Positions 46,783-56,209 of a stretch of 64,000 nt of DNA are shown in pieces; position 1 is the stretch's first letter, and each line of letters begins with the position of its first letter. The stretch comes from Candidatus Eiseniibacteriota bacterium. Its GTDB lineage: Bacteria; Eisenbacteria; RBG-16-71-46; CAVPCR01. The position numbers and the translations under genes were made by a program. The stretch covers positions 512,001 through 576,000 of the forward strand of contig CAWGMA010000001.1 in the NCBI GenBank assembly GCA_963823555.1. The letters are read 5' to 3'. Under the pieces are notes generated by a model, which was given only the letters and a program-made list of their open reading frames with translations, was not told the origin of the DNA and did not search any database.

Positions 46783-47679
46783 ATGAAGAAGCGCGTTTCT
46801 CCGCTGTGGCCGACCGTTCTGTTGACCGCCAGCTGCATGGTGACGACCATGCCCTCACTGGCGGATGAGGCGACCGAGCCTCTCGCCGTTGAGGAAGGCT
46901 ACGTCGAGGTCGATGGCGGCAGGATCTTCTACGAGGTGGCAGGCCACGGTCCGCCGGTCGTCATGATCCACGATGGCTTGTTGCACCACGAGACATGGGA
47001 TCCTCAGGTCGACGCCTTCGCCAAGAGCTACAGGGTGATCCGCTGGGACCGCCGCGGCTACGGACGGTCCGACAAACCACAAGCTCCGTTCTCCCCCCGT
47101 GATGATCTGCTTGCGGTCATGAATGCTCTCGGGGTCGAGCGCGCAACACTGATGGGGTGTTCATCGGGCGGACTCCTGGCCATCGAGTTTGCGCTCGATC
47201 ATCCGGAGATGGTCTCATCGCTGGTCCTCGTCGGTCCCATCGTCAGCGGGTTCGGATTCTCCCAGCACTTCAGGACACGTGGCCAGCGGGGCGAACCAGG
47301 CCGTGATGCGCCTGTGGAGGAGAGGATCGAGTATTGGAGCCGGAAGGATCCCTGGATCATGGCTCCTGAGAGCGCAGCCGCCAGAGAGCGCATGCGCGAG
47401 TTACTGATCGCGAATCCCCAGAACATGGAAGGATCGGGGCGATATGCCCGCCGCCCGGACCAGCCGGCACTGGGTCGACTGGCCGAGATCCATGCGCCGA
47501 CGTTGATCGTGGCCGGGGAATCCGACATCCCCGACGTTCACGTGCATATCGGGGCGATTCAAGCCGGGATCGGTGGATCCGAGCGCGTGGTGCTGGCTCG
47601 CAGTGGACACCTGTGTCACCTGGAAGTGCCGGATGCATTCAACAAGGCAGTGCTCGACTTCCTGGGCAAGGTCAAGTGA
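46783..47679 (+). CDS. Exported alpha/beta hydrolase
   Basis: RBS AGGAG, signal peptide, HDG, DRRGYGRS, nucleophile elbow GCSSG, GESD, SGH. Confidence 0.85.
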   Translation: MKKRVSPLWPTVLLTASCMVTTMPSLADEATEPLAVEEGYVEVDGGRIFYEVAGHGPPVVMIHDGLLHHETWDPQVDAFAKSYRVIRWDRRGYGRSDKPQAPFSPRDDLLAVMNALGVERATLMGCSSGGLLAIEFALDHPEMVSSLVLVGPIVSGFGFSQHFRTRGQRGEPGRDAPVEERIEYWSRKDPWIMAPESAAARERMRELLIANPQNMEGSGRYARRPDQPALGRLAEIHAPTLIVAGESDIPDVHVHIGAIQAGIGGSERVVLARSGHLCHLEVPDAFNKAVLDFLGKVK

Positions 47680-48016
47680 ACCCAGCCCATGGCCGCTTGT
47701 AGCGCCGATGGCGAGCTGGCAACGGATGGCCTAGAATCAGGTCATGAAATCCAATCCGCCGCTGCCTGTGTCGATCGAGAGCACCGTCTCGCCACCGGGC
47801 TCCCTTGGGAGAAACCACGCCGCCGGATGGAGAAGGTCGTTGTCAAGGCGATTCAGGAACATCGGTCTGCCGCCGCTTGCGGCATCCGGGCTCCCCATCA
47901 CGCCGTTGTTTCGCGGTCACACAAGGGCGGTAGAGTCCTTGAAGGAGTGCAGGAGCGATGCTCCAGCCAGGATGCCCTGATCTCGGCATGCTGGCCCATC
48001 TATCCGGGAGATCTTG

Positions 48017-48460
48017 ATGTCGCTGACCGAACTCGACCACTACTTCATCAGAACCAAGGATCTCGAGCGTTCCCGGGCCTTCTATTGCGACGTGCTCGGG
48101 TTCGACGTCATGCCACGGCCAGACCTGCCCTTTCCTGGCTACTGGCTCGGCGTGAGCGGCAAGATCCAGGTCCACATGGGCCCGGACGGGATTCCAGGCG
48201 AGGCCAGTCTCTACTTCGGCACATCAGCACGATCGGCACGAGACAACGCCGGCGTTGTGGACCACATTGCATTTCAAGGCACGGATCCGGGGGAGCTCGC
48301 CCGGCGTCTGAGTGAGCACGGACTGCCCTCACGGACCCGGTACATTGCCGAAATCCAGCTCTTCCAGATCTTCGTCGCCGACCCCGACGGGCTCATGATC
48401 GAACTCAACTACCCCGGCGTCGCGACGGAGCCATCCTGGGCGGACGGCCACGCTATCTGA
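48017..48460 (+). CDS. VOC/glyoxalase family protein
   Basis: LDHYFIRTKDLERSRAFY, DHIAF, DPDGLMIELN. Confidence 0.88.
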   Translation: MSLTELDHYFIRTKDLERSRAFYCDVLGFDVMPRPDLPFPGYWLGVSGKIQVHMGPDGIPGEASLYFGTSARSARDNAGVVDHIAFQGTDPGELARRLSEHGLPSRTRYIAEIQLFQIFVADPDGLMIELNYPGVATEPSWADGHAI

Positions 48461-48490
48461 TCCCGGTCTTGAGGAGGCCATGGGGAGGAG

Positions 48491-49171
48491 ATGAAGGTCT
48501 GCATCGTCGGGGCTTCAGGGAAGCTGGGCCGGTACATGGTGCAGCACGCCCTGGACCGAGGTCACGACGTCGTCGGCGTTTGCCGCGAGCAGAGCGTCGG
48601 CAAGCTCGACGCGTTCAGGGGGCGGATCACGGTCGTTCCGGGCGCCACGAACGACCGCAAGGTCATCAAGCGGGCCGTGACCGGGTGTGACGGCGTGCTC
48701 ACGGTGCTGGTGCCCTGGGGCGTCGAGCAGTATTCGACGGGAACGGCGCAAGCGGTGCTCGACCACGCGCCTCGAGGCGCGCGCCTGGTCTTCTCCTGCG
48801 GCTGGCACATCACACGGGACGGGCAGGACACGTATTCGCCCGCCTTCAGGGCGCTGGTCAGAGTCTTCGGCTGGTTCGCGCGGCTCGTCCGCTTCGCCGA
48901 CATCGACGACCAGGTGGAGGCATGCCGGCGCATCTTCACGAGCGACACCCGGTGGACGGTGGTTCGCGGGAGCGACCTCGAGGAGGGGGAGAGCCAGGGA
49001 TTGCCCGTGTGGAGCCGGCACGTCGGCGACCCGATCCTCGAGAGCAACAAGACGCGCCGGGTGGACTTCGCTCTCTTCATGGTCGCGGCCCTCGAGAACG
49101 ACGAGCTGGTCCACGAAGCACCGGCGATCGTGGGTCGTCTCACGCCGTCGGCGCTTGTGCACGGTGCATGA
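48491..49171 (+). CDS. NAD(P)H-binding oxidoreductase (flavin reductase/BVR-B-like)
   Basis: VGASGKLG Rossmann motif, WTVVR; RBS GGAGG. Confidence 0.85.
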   Translation: MKVCIVGASGKLGRYMVQHALDRGHDVVGVCREQSVGKLDAFRGRITVVPGATNDRKVIKRAVTGCDGVLTVLVPWGVEQYSTGTAQAVLDHAPRGARLVFSCGWHITRDGQDTYSPAFRALVRVFGWFARLVRFADIDDQVEACRRIFTSDTRWTVVRGSDLEEGESQGLPVWSRHVGDPILESNKTRRVDFALFMVAALENDELVHEAPAIVGRLTPSALVHGA

Positions 49172-49297
49172 CCGGAGCCCAAGGGGCATGGGCAAGACCG
49201 GCATGGGGTGGCTTGAACGAGATGCATCGCTGATGGTAAGGAAGCGATGGCTCGATCCATGTGGAGCGCATTCTCACATGAAGAAAGGAGAGATCCC

Positions 49298-49687
49298 ATG
49301 CCCAGCAATGTCGAGACGATCCGCAATCTGTACGCATCCTTTGCCCGCGGTGACATTCAGGGGGTCCTGGGGGCCTTCGCGCCCACTATCGAGTGGACCC
49401 AGGCCGAGGGGTTCCCGTACGGCGGTACCTTTGTCGGTCCGGATGCCGTCCTCCAGAACGTCTTCATGAAGCTCGGTACGGAGTGGGATGGCTGGACCGC
49501 GGTTCCCCGGGAGCTCGTAGCCGAGCGCGACACGGTGGTCGCCCTGGGTGACTATGGCGGGACGTACAAGGCAACGGGTAAGAGCATCAAGGTTCCCTTC
49601 GTCCATGTCTGGAAGCTCCAAGGCGGCAGGGTCGCGACGTTCACGCAGCATACGGATACGGTGGTCGTGCAGCGGGCGCTGAAGTAG
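49298..49687 (+). CDS. SnoaL-like / NTF2 family protein
   Basis: YASFARGD, EWTQAEGFPYGG, FVHVW, QHTDT; RBS AAGGAG. Confidence 0.88.
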   Translation: MPSNVETIRNLYASFARGDIQGVLGAFAPTIEWTQAEGFPYGGTFVGPDAVLQNVFMKLGTEWDGWTAVPRELVAERDTVVALGDYGGTYKATGKSIKVPFVHVWKLQGGRVATFTQHTDTVVVQRALK

Positions 49688-50245
49688 CCGCGCCGTCGCG
49701 GTCGGTGAACAGGGGTGGTGGCTCGAGAAGGAGAAATGGTGCAGCTCGTGGCCGCCGGTGCAATCGTCTTCACGCTGGCCGTGCCCCTCGGAGGGTGCGC
49801 TGACGAGCCATCACAGCGCTCGCCAACGCAGCTTGCGCCCGGCGTCGACTTAGGCTCCACGAGAGTGTCCCGCCCTCCGCATGTGAGGTGGCCCCGGCTG
49901 CACGTCGAGATTGCTTCAGCGATCCCCCTGCCGGGCCGGAGGGTCCGGGACCGCCCTCCGCTCCGCTGCGCGACCTGCTCGATCTTCCGGCCGCTGGCGA
50001 GCGCTGGGTCGTACTTCACGTCCAGCGCGAAGGGATGTTGGCGAAGTTCTGACTCAATCCGGTCCGTGGCTCGGTCCACAGGTTTTTCGACATGGGAACT
50101 CCGGAGAATCCAGGCGATCGTGCTTGAGAACTCGACCATAGCGCGTCAATCACTCTGACTGGTCGCGCCTCCTGATCGGTATCGCTGGCGGCTAAGCGTC
50201 AGCTCGAGACACATAGGTGAAGGGTGATCAACAAGGAGATCTCGC

Positions 50246-50599
50246 GTGAAGACTCAGATCGCGCATCGTCGGATGAGGCTGGGCGTAATCGCTATGCTCT
50301 TGACCTGGGTATCGCTCCTGGTTGCGGGCTGCGCTACGGTGGGCCGAGACTTCCCGACGAACAGAGTCGTTGACATCCGCATGGAGGAAACGACGCAGGA
50401 GCAGATCCGTGATATGTTCGGAGATCCGTGGCGGGTTGGCGTCGAGGATGGGCGGACCACCTGGACATATGGGAAGTACCGGTACCGCCTGTTCGGCGAG
50501 GACAGCACAACCGATCTCGTGGTCCGTTTCAATCAGGCGGGTCATGTTGTCTCCTACTCCTTCAGCACCACGGAGTACCAAGAAGAGGATGCCGATTGA
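50246..50599 (+). CDS. SmpA/OmlA(BamE)-domain-like lipoprotein
   Basis: Lipobox VAGC, TTQEQIRDMFGDP, WTY, LVVRF; RBS AAGGAG. Confidence 0.78.
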   Translation: MKTQIAHRRMRLGVIAMLLTWVSLLVAGCATVGRDFPTNRVVDIRMEETTQEQIRDMFGDPWRVGVEDGRTTWTYGKYRYRLFGEDSTTDLVVRFNQAGHVVSYSFSTTEYQEEDAD

Positions 50600-51035
50600 C
50601 CTGGCGTGGCGATCGACCCCACCGAACGCATCCTGGCCCGCTATTGCTGGTGACGTGGCAGTGCTCTGAGCGCTAGTGGACGCGCGGCGTCGACCGCGTG
50701 GGTCGCAGCAGTCCTTCCGAGTTGACCTCCAGCCGTTCCGACCATACCGTTCAGGCCGTGAGAGGGCTCGCCGTCAATGGACTACGAAACCTACCGCCGA
50801 ACGTTCTTCACCCGGCCTTCACCCGAGCGGCGCTTTGCCTTTGCAGGTCTCCACGGTATCAGCGGGTGCTCGGCCCACCAACCTACGTTGAGGCGGGCGG
50901 CTCCGGCGATGCGCCTAGTGACCAGTTGATGTATGAACCGGTTCGCTCGTGTTCAGTCCGGGAGCCATCTGGAACAGAGATCCTGATCAACGCACCCTTG
51001 CTGGCATCCAGGCAGGGGAGCAGGCCGGGACTGGA

Positions 51036-51974
51036 ATGAAGGTCATCCGCGGCGGACTCGAGGATTCGCGCATTCAGGCGCTCCTGGAGCACCACGCCAT
51101 GACCGCGCGCGCGGAGACGGCCCCGGGGAGCGCGCATGCGCTGGACATCGGCGACTTGATGTCACCCGGCATCGAGTTCTGGTCCGCCTGGGAGGGGGAC
51201 ACGCTCCTGGGTGTGGGTGCACTCAAGCGGCTCTCCGACACCCATGGCGAGATCAAGTCGATGCACACGGCCGGGCTCCATCGTCGGTCGGGAGTGGGCA
51301 CTGCCATCCTGCGCCACATCATCGCCGCTGCCCGGATGGGTGGTCTCCGGCGCCTCAGCCTGGAAACCGGCTCCTCGCCCTACTTCCAGCCGGCGCTGGC
51401 GCTATATCGTCGCCATGGGTTCGCGGAGTGTCCGCCGTTCGGAGACTACATTCCAGACCCGAACAGCGTGTTCATGACGCTCGAGATCCCTGAAGCGCAC
51501 CGGTTCCAGCCACTGATCGACCGCGCCTGGCAATTGGCCTATCGAGCGGCGTTCCTCTCGCTCCGGACCTGGTGGCGCATTCGCCATCCCCGCTCCGAAG
51601 GCTCCCTGGTTGCTCTCTGGTACGATGGCCGCGTCCTTCTCGTGCGCACGAGCTACCGGCGCCCGCTTCTCCTCCCGGGCGGGAGCGTGCGCCGAGGGGA
51701 GTCACCGCGGGACACCGCCCTCCGGGAGCTCCAGGAGGAGCTCGCGATCACGCTCGAACCCGATGCTCTGAGGGAGGCGTGGTCCGGCACGCATTTCTTC
51801 GAGGATCGGCATGATACGGTCACCATCTGGGCCGTCGACTGCGCCCTCCCGCCGTTCCCGCGGATCGATAACCGGGAGATCGTCGCGGCGTTCTGGTGCA
51901 CTCCGGTGGAGGCACTGGCATTCGCGCTTCTCCCTCACGTGCGCGATTACCTGACGGAGGCTCTCCCCGACTGA
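51036..51974 (+). CDS. GNAT acetyltransferase-NUDIX hydrolase fusion
   Basis: N-terminal GNAT: HALD, GEIKSMHT, RRSGVG, LSLETG, LYRRHGF. C-terminal Nudix box GGSVRRGESPRDTALRELQEELAI. Confidence 0.8.
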   Translation: MKVIRGGLEDSRIQALLEHHAMTARAETAPGSAHALDIGDLMSPGIEFWSAWEGDTLLGVGALKRLSDTHGEIKSMHTAGLHRRSGVGTAILRHIIAAARMGGLRRLSLETGSSPYFQPALALYRRHGFAECPPFGDYIPDPNSVFMTLEIPEAHRFQPLIDRAWQLAYRAAFLSLRTWWRIRHPRSEGSLVALWYDGRVLLVRTSYRRPLLLPGGSVRRGESPRDTALRELQEELAITLEPDALREAWSGTHFFEDRHDTVTIWAVDCALPPFPRIDNREIVAAFWCTPVEALAFALLPHVRDYLTEALPD

Positions 51975-52020
51975 TGGGCGTGAGCCCACCCGATACAACT
52001 CTAACCAATGGAGAGTGGTG

Positions 52021-52524
52021 ATGATCACGAGGGCCCTGCTCACGCTCGTCATGTTGGCCGCGACTGTCCTTACCGGCTGTGGCAGTCCAGAACCGAGCAA
52101 GGAGGTCGCAGCATCGACCGCGGCATCGGGAGGCGAAGCGCCGGAGTACTTCCTCTTGCGACCGGAGGTCGAAAAGGCCTATGGCTATACGCACGCCGTC
52201 AGGATTGGCGACGACATCAAGATCTCCGGTGCGGTGAGCATGGACGATGAGGGCAAGCCCACCGCCGTTGGGGACCTTGAGCAACAGATGAAGAACGCCT
52301 ACTCCGACCTCGACAAGGTCTTGAAGCACTACGGCTGCACCTTCGACGATGTGATCGTCGAGAATGTCTATACGACCGACATGGCGAAGTTCCTCGAGCT
52401 GTCTTCCTATCGCAACACGATCTACACGAAAACCTTTCCGACTGGAACCTGGGTCGAGGTCAAGGGATTGGCGCTTCCCGAGTTCATGATCGAGATCGAG
52501 CTGGAAGCGCACCGATCGCGATGA
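52021..52524 (+). CDS. RidA/YjgF family protein with lipoprotein signal peptide
   Basis: Lipobox LTGC; YTHAV, ISGAV, LALPEFMIEIELEA. Confidence 0.82.
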   Translation: MITRALLTLVMLAATVLTGCGSPEPSKEVAASTAASGGEAPEYFLLRPEVEKAYGYTHAVRIGDDIKISGAVSMDDEGKPTAVGDLEQQMKNAYSDLDKVLKHYGCTFDDVIVENVYTTDMAKFLELSSYRNTIYTKTFPTGTWVEVKGLALPEFMIEIELEAHRSR

Positions 52525-52728
52525 GGCCGACCCCGGAGATATCCGCCCGAGACTTCAGAGGCATGAGCGGTGGGCAACCTGCCGCAATCAGGCGACGACC
52601 GCGCCGCGTTCGGCCAGTCGGGACATGAGAGGAGATCGATCGATGAGGATACTTGCCGTTCCTGCCGCCACTAAGATGTCAATGCGCGCGGCGCCGTTCA
52701 TTCTGCCTGGGCGGACCCGCTCTTGAGC

Positions 52729-53286
52729 ATGAAGAAGCGCTGTGATTGGGCCCGGACACCTCTCAGCGTCCTGTACCACGATACCGAGTGGGGTGTTCCG
52801 GTTCACGACGATGCTGTGTTGTTCGAGTTTCTGACGCTCGAGGGCGCACAGGCCGGTCTGAGCTGGGAGACGATCCTGAAGAAGCGAGAGGCATATCGGG
52901 AGGCGTTTGCCGGCTTCGATCCGAGGAAGGTGTCGCGGTTCACGCCCGAGCGAGTGGAGCTCCTGCTCAAGACCAGCAATATCGTCCGCAATCGACTGAA
53001 GGTCGAGAGCGCTGTGAGCAATGCGCGTGCCGTGGTGACGATTCAGCGTGAATGCGGCAGTTTCGACGCCTATCTGTGGACTCTTGTGGGCGGATGTCCG
53101 CGGGTAAATCGCTGGCGCACCCTGCGGGATGTGCCGGCGCAGACGCCCGAGTCCATGGCAGTAAGCCGTGCACTCTCGAGTAGAGGGTTCAAGTTCGTCG
53201 GCCCGACGATCTGCTATGCCTTCATGCAGGCCGTCGGCATGGTGAATGACCATATCGTGGAGTGCTTCCGACATGGCGAGGTGTGA
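52729..53286 (+). CDS. tag: DNA-3-methyladenine glycosylase I
   Basis: RCDWA, YHDTEWG, LEGAQAGLSW, IVRNRLK, GFKFVGPTICYAFMQAVGMVNDH...CF. Confidence 0.93.
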   Translation: MKKRCDWARTPLSVLYHDTEWGVPVHDDAVLFEFLTLEGAQAGLSWETILKKREAYREAFAGFDPRKVSRFTPERVELLLKTSNIVRNRLKVESAVSNARAVVTIQRECGSFDAYLWTLVGGCPRVNRWRTLRDVPAQTPESMAVSRALSSRGFKFVGPTICYAFMQAVGMVNDHIVECFRHGEV

Positions 53287-53324
53287 CGCGAAACGGCCCT
53301 CCTGGCGAACGGAGCGGATGGGGT

Positions 53325-53553
53325 GTGAACTCTGTGCCGATATGCTTGATCGAGTGGATTACAATCCCTGTTCCTGATCTGGAGGCAGCAAAGCGGTTCT
53401 ATACCCTCCGTGCAGCAGTACGAGGCGCGGCTGCAGGAATTCGGGTGCGATATTGTCCGTGGGCGCCACGAGCTTGGGCCCGGCACGGGGTTCTGTTGCA
53501 GGTTCCGCGATCCAAATGGCAACATGCTCGAGATCTACTCCGCCAGCGACTGA
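53325..53553 (+). pseudogene. VOC/glyoxalase remnant with internal deletion and frameshift
   Basis: N-terminal WITIPVPDLEAAKRFY in one frame; C-terminal FRDPNGNMLEIY-stop in another; the middle is missing. Confidence 0.65.
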
Positions 53554-53704
53554 CGCCGGAAGTGCCTTGCCGGACCATTGACCGACTTGCTAGCTTGGCG
53601 CCGGTCGACCCCTCTCTTGCCCAAGAAGGAGTGAATGGCGGTGCGGACGGGTTGGCGGTAGGGAGGATCCGCAGCTGCTGGAGACATTCGTCCGGAGGCG
53701 GTCC

Positions 53705-54511
53705 ATGAACGCAGCCCCGATCATCGCATCCATCACTGCGAGCGACATTCCCATGGGGATTCGCTCGGCACGACACCTCGACCACTGCTGGCGCGACATG
53801 ATGCGTGGGCGCGATGGCGTGGAGGGTGACGGCTTCTTTCGGGTGATGACTGGAGAGAACCACCCACTGGGGAACGTGGCCATCATCTCGGACGCCAGCA
53901 ACCTGGAGGTCGCACGAGCGGCCGTGGGGCCCTTGATCGATCTGAGCCTGCCGGCCATGGTTCTCTACACCGAAGGCATCACCGAAGGCGTTGCTCAGTC
54001 GCTGGTTGGCCGTGGCTTCGTGCCCGGGGGAGCAATGCCGGCCATGGCGATCGATATCGAGCGATTGCCGGCGAGAGCACTGCCTCCAGGGTTCAACTGG
54101 GTGCGCGTGGATGCGCATGGGAGTGGGTCGGCTTGGTCCGACGTGCTGGCCAAGTGCTTCGATATGCCGCCAACTCTCGCCCGGCGTTTCTCGCCGGAGA
54201 GCCTGGGTGCGGACATGGCGGTGGATGCGCCGGTGCAGTTCTTCGGGATCACCCGCGGTGGAGAGATGGCTGCAACCTCGATGCTCTTTCTCGCTGACGG
54301 GCTGGCGGGCATCTACAGCGTGGCAACCCTGCCCCCTATGCGAGGCCAGGGGCTCGGTGCGTACGCCACGGCGGAAGCACTACGTACAGCTCATCGCCTT
54401 GGCTATCGCGTCGGTGTTCTGCAGTCCTCGGAGTCTGGCCACTCCGTGTACCTCGGACTCGGGTTCCAGGACCTGGGCTCTGTCTCGATGTTCATCCGGA
54501 TGCCGGCCTGA
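53705..54511 (+). CDS. GNAT family acetyltransferase
   Basis: GIYSVATLPPMRGQGLG, LQSS...VYLGLGF; RBS GGAGG. Confidence 0.85.
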   Translation: MNAAPIIASITASDIPMGIRSARHLDHCWRDMMRGRDGVEGDGFFRVMTGENHPLGNVAIISDASNLEVARAAVGPLIDLSLPAMVLYTEGITEGVAQSLVGRGFVPGGAMPAMAIDIERLPARALPPGFNWVRVDAHGSGSAWSDVLAKCFDMPPTLARRFSPESLGADMAVDAPVQFFGITRGGEMAATSMLFLADGLAGIYSVATLPPMRGQGLGAYATAEALRTAHRLGYRVGVLQSSESGHSVYLGLGFQDLGSVSMFIRMPA

Positions 54512-54622
54512 CAAAGCTCGGCGCCGGCGGCGCGCCGCCTGAGTCGCACCGCCGGCGCTTCCTCCGCCTCCGCCCTCACGGGCGGCGCGGAAAGGCTATG
54601 AGGCGCTTTCCTCCGCCCCGCC

Positions 54623-55021
54623 CTATCTCGCGGTCCGCACGAACTTGTACCCGTAGCAGAGGACGCCCGACTCGCCGTCCTGGCGCACGCGCCGGAACTC
54701 GAGCCGTACCGGGTCTCCGATCTTGATCGCCTCGGGTTCGCAGTCGACGATCTGTCCGGTGACCTTGACCCCGTTCGCGAGCTTGACGATGCCCACCGCG
54801 TAGGGGGCTTCGTCGCCGAACCCGCTCGGTGCCACGCGAATGACCGTGAACGTCTCGACGGTGCCATCCAAGGGCAGCGTCACCTTGTTGAAGACCCGAC
54901 CCCAGCAACCGCTGCACACGAGTCGCGGAGGGAAGAAGATCTTCTCGCACTTGGCGCACTGGGCCGCCTCGTAGCGGTAGCGCTGCGGGATCTCTCGCCA
55001 GTAGCGTGGTGATCCGATCAT
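54623..55021 (-). CDS. DUF35 Zn-ribbon/OB-fold scaffold protein
   Basis: CAKC...FPPRLVCSGC, GTVETFT, YGYKF; follows the thiolase. Confidence 0.9.
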   Translation of the reverse strand: MIGSPRYWREIPQRYRYEAAQCAKCEKIFFPPRLVCSGCWGRVFNKVTLPLDGTVETFTVIRVAPSGFGDEAPYAVGIVKLANGVKVTGQIVDCEPEAIKIGDPVRLEFRRVRQDGESGVLCYGYKFVRTAR

Positions 55022-55036
55022 TTCTCTTCTCCCCCC

Positions 55037-56194
55037 TTACACGCGCTCGAAGATGTGAACGACCGTGCTGGCGCCGGTCCCGCCCATGTTCTGCGTGAGT
55101 CCGTAACGCGCATCCTGGACCTGGCGCTCCCCGGCGTCGCCGCGGAGCTGGAGCACCGCCTCGCGGATCTGGGCGACTCCCGTCGCGCCTACCGGGTGCC
55201 CCTTGGACTTGAGCCCGCCCGAGGGGTTGACCGGAATCTTGCCGCCGAGCGCGGTCATCCCGCTTTCCGCTGCCTTCCCGCCCTTCCCGCGCTCGATGAG
55301 TCCCAGCGCCTCGATCACCATGACCTCAGCGATCGTGAAGCAATCGTGGACCTCGACGAAGGAGAGCTTCTCGGGGCCGATCCCCGCCTTCTTGTAAGCG
55401 ATCTCGGCCGCTTTCGCGGTGGCGCTGAGCCAGCACAGATCCTCGCGGTCATGGAGCGCGATGGTGTCGGTCGCATGCGCCGACGCCAGGACCTTGACGT
55501 GCGGTCCCTTCTTGATCTTCTTCGCCTCATCCAGCGAGGCGACGACGACCGCCGCCGCCCCATCGGTGATGGGCGAGCAGTCGAGGATGCGGAGCGGATC
55601 GGCGACGAGCACCGATTCCATCACCTGCTCGGCGGTCACCTTGCTCTGGAACTGGGCGAGCGGGTTCCTGGCGCCGTTGGCGTGGTTCTTGACTGCCACC
55701 GCTGCGAGCTGCTTCCGCGTCGTCCCGTAGCGGTGCATGTGTACGTTGGCCATCATGGCGTAGAGGCCCGGGAAGGTGATCCCGTGATAGCACTCGTACT
55801 CCTGATCGGCGGCGGTCGAGAGCGCATAGGTCGCCGCCCCGCCGTCGACGTCGGTCATCTTCTCGACCCCGCTCGCGAGCACGATGTCGTGCTCGCCTGC
55901 CGCAACCGCGAGCACTGCCTGCCGGAAGGCGAGGCCTCCCGAGGCGCAGGCCGACTCGACCCGGGTCCCCGGAATCGGTCCCATACCAAGCTGCTCCGCG
56001 AGGAGTGCCCCCAGGTGCTCCTGTCCGACGAAGAGCCCGCCGGACATGCAGCCGACATACATCGCATCGACGCGATCGACGCCGGCGTCCTGCACGGCTT
56101 CGAGCGCGGCCTCGGTCCAGATGTCGCGGTGTGACTTCTCCCAGAGCTCGCCCCACCGGTTCATGCCTACCCCGATGACTGCCACGTCACGCAT
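55037..56194 (-). CDS. Archaeal-type acetyl-CoA C-acetyltransferase (thiolase)
   Basis: [45 protein letters not shown]. Confidence 0.9.
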   Translation of the reverse strand: MRDVAVIGVGMNRWGELWEKSHRDIWTEAALEAVQDAGVDRVDAMYVGCMSGGLFVGQEHLGALLAEQLGMGPIPGTRVESACASGGLAFRQAVLAVAAGEHDIVLASGVEKMTDVDGGAATYALSTAADQEYECYHGITFPGLYAMMANVHMHRYGTTRKQLAAVAVKNHANGARNPLAQFQSKVTAEQVMESVLVADPLRILDCSPITDGAAAVVVASLDEAKKIKKGPHVKVLASAHATDTIALHDREDLCWLSATAKAAEIAYKKAGIGPEKLSFVEVHDCFTIAEVMVIEALGLIERGKGGKAAESGMTALGGKIPVNPSGGLKSKGHPVGATGVAQIREAVLQLRGDAGERQVQDARYGLTQNMGGTGASTVVHIFERV

Positions 56195-56209
56195 GGTCGA
56201 TCTCCCTCT

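Noticed and set aside
47689..48010. Short ORFs between the hydrolase and VOC genes (also 50600..51030)
   Set aside because: No recognisable motifs, RBS or codon bias; left uncalled.
49715..50158. ORF with an RBS and a lipobox-like PLGGC, plus the overlapping minus-strand ORF 49552..50139
   Set aside because: After the leader the sequence does not look protein-like; probably gene debris, and no product can be supported.
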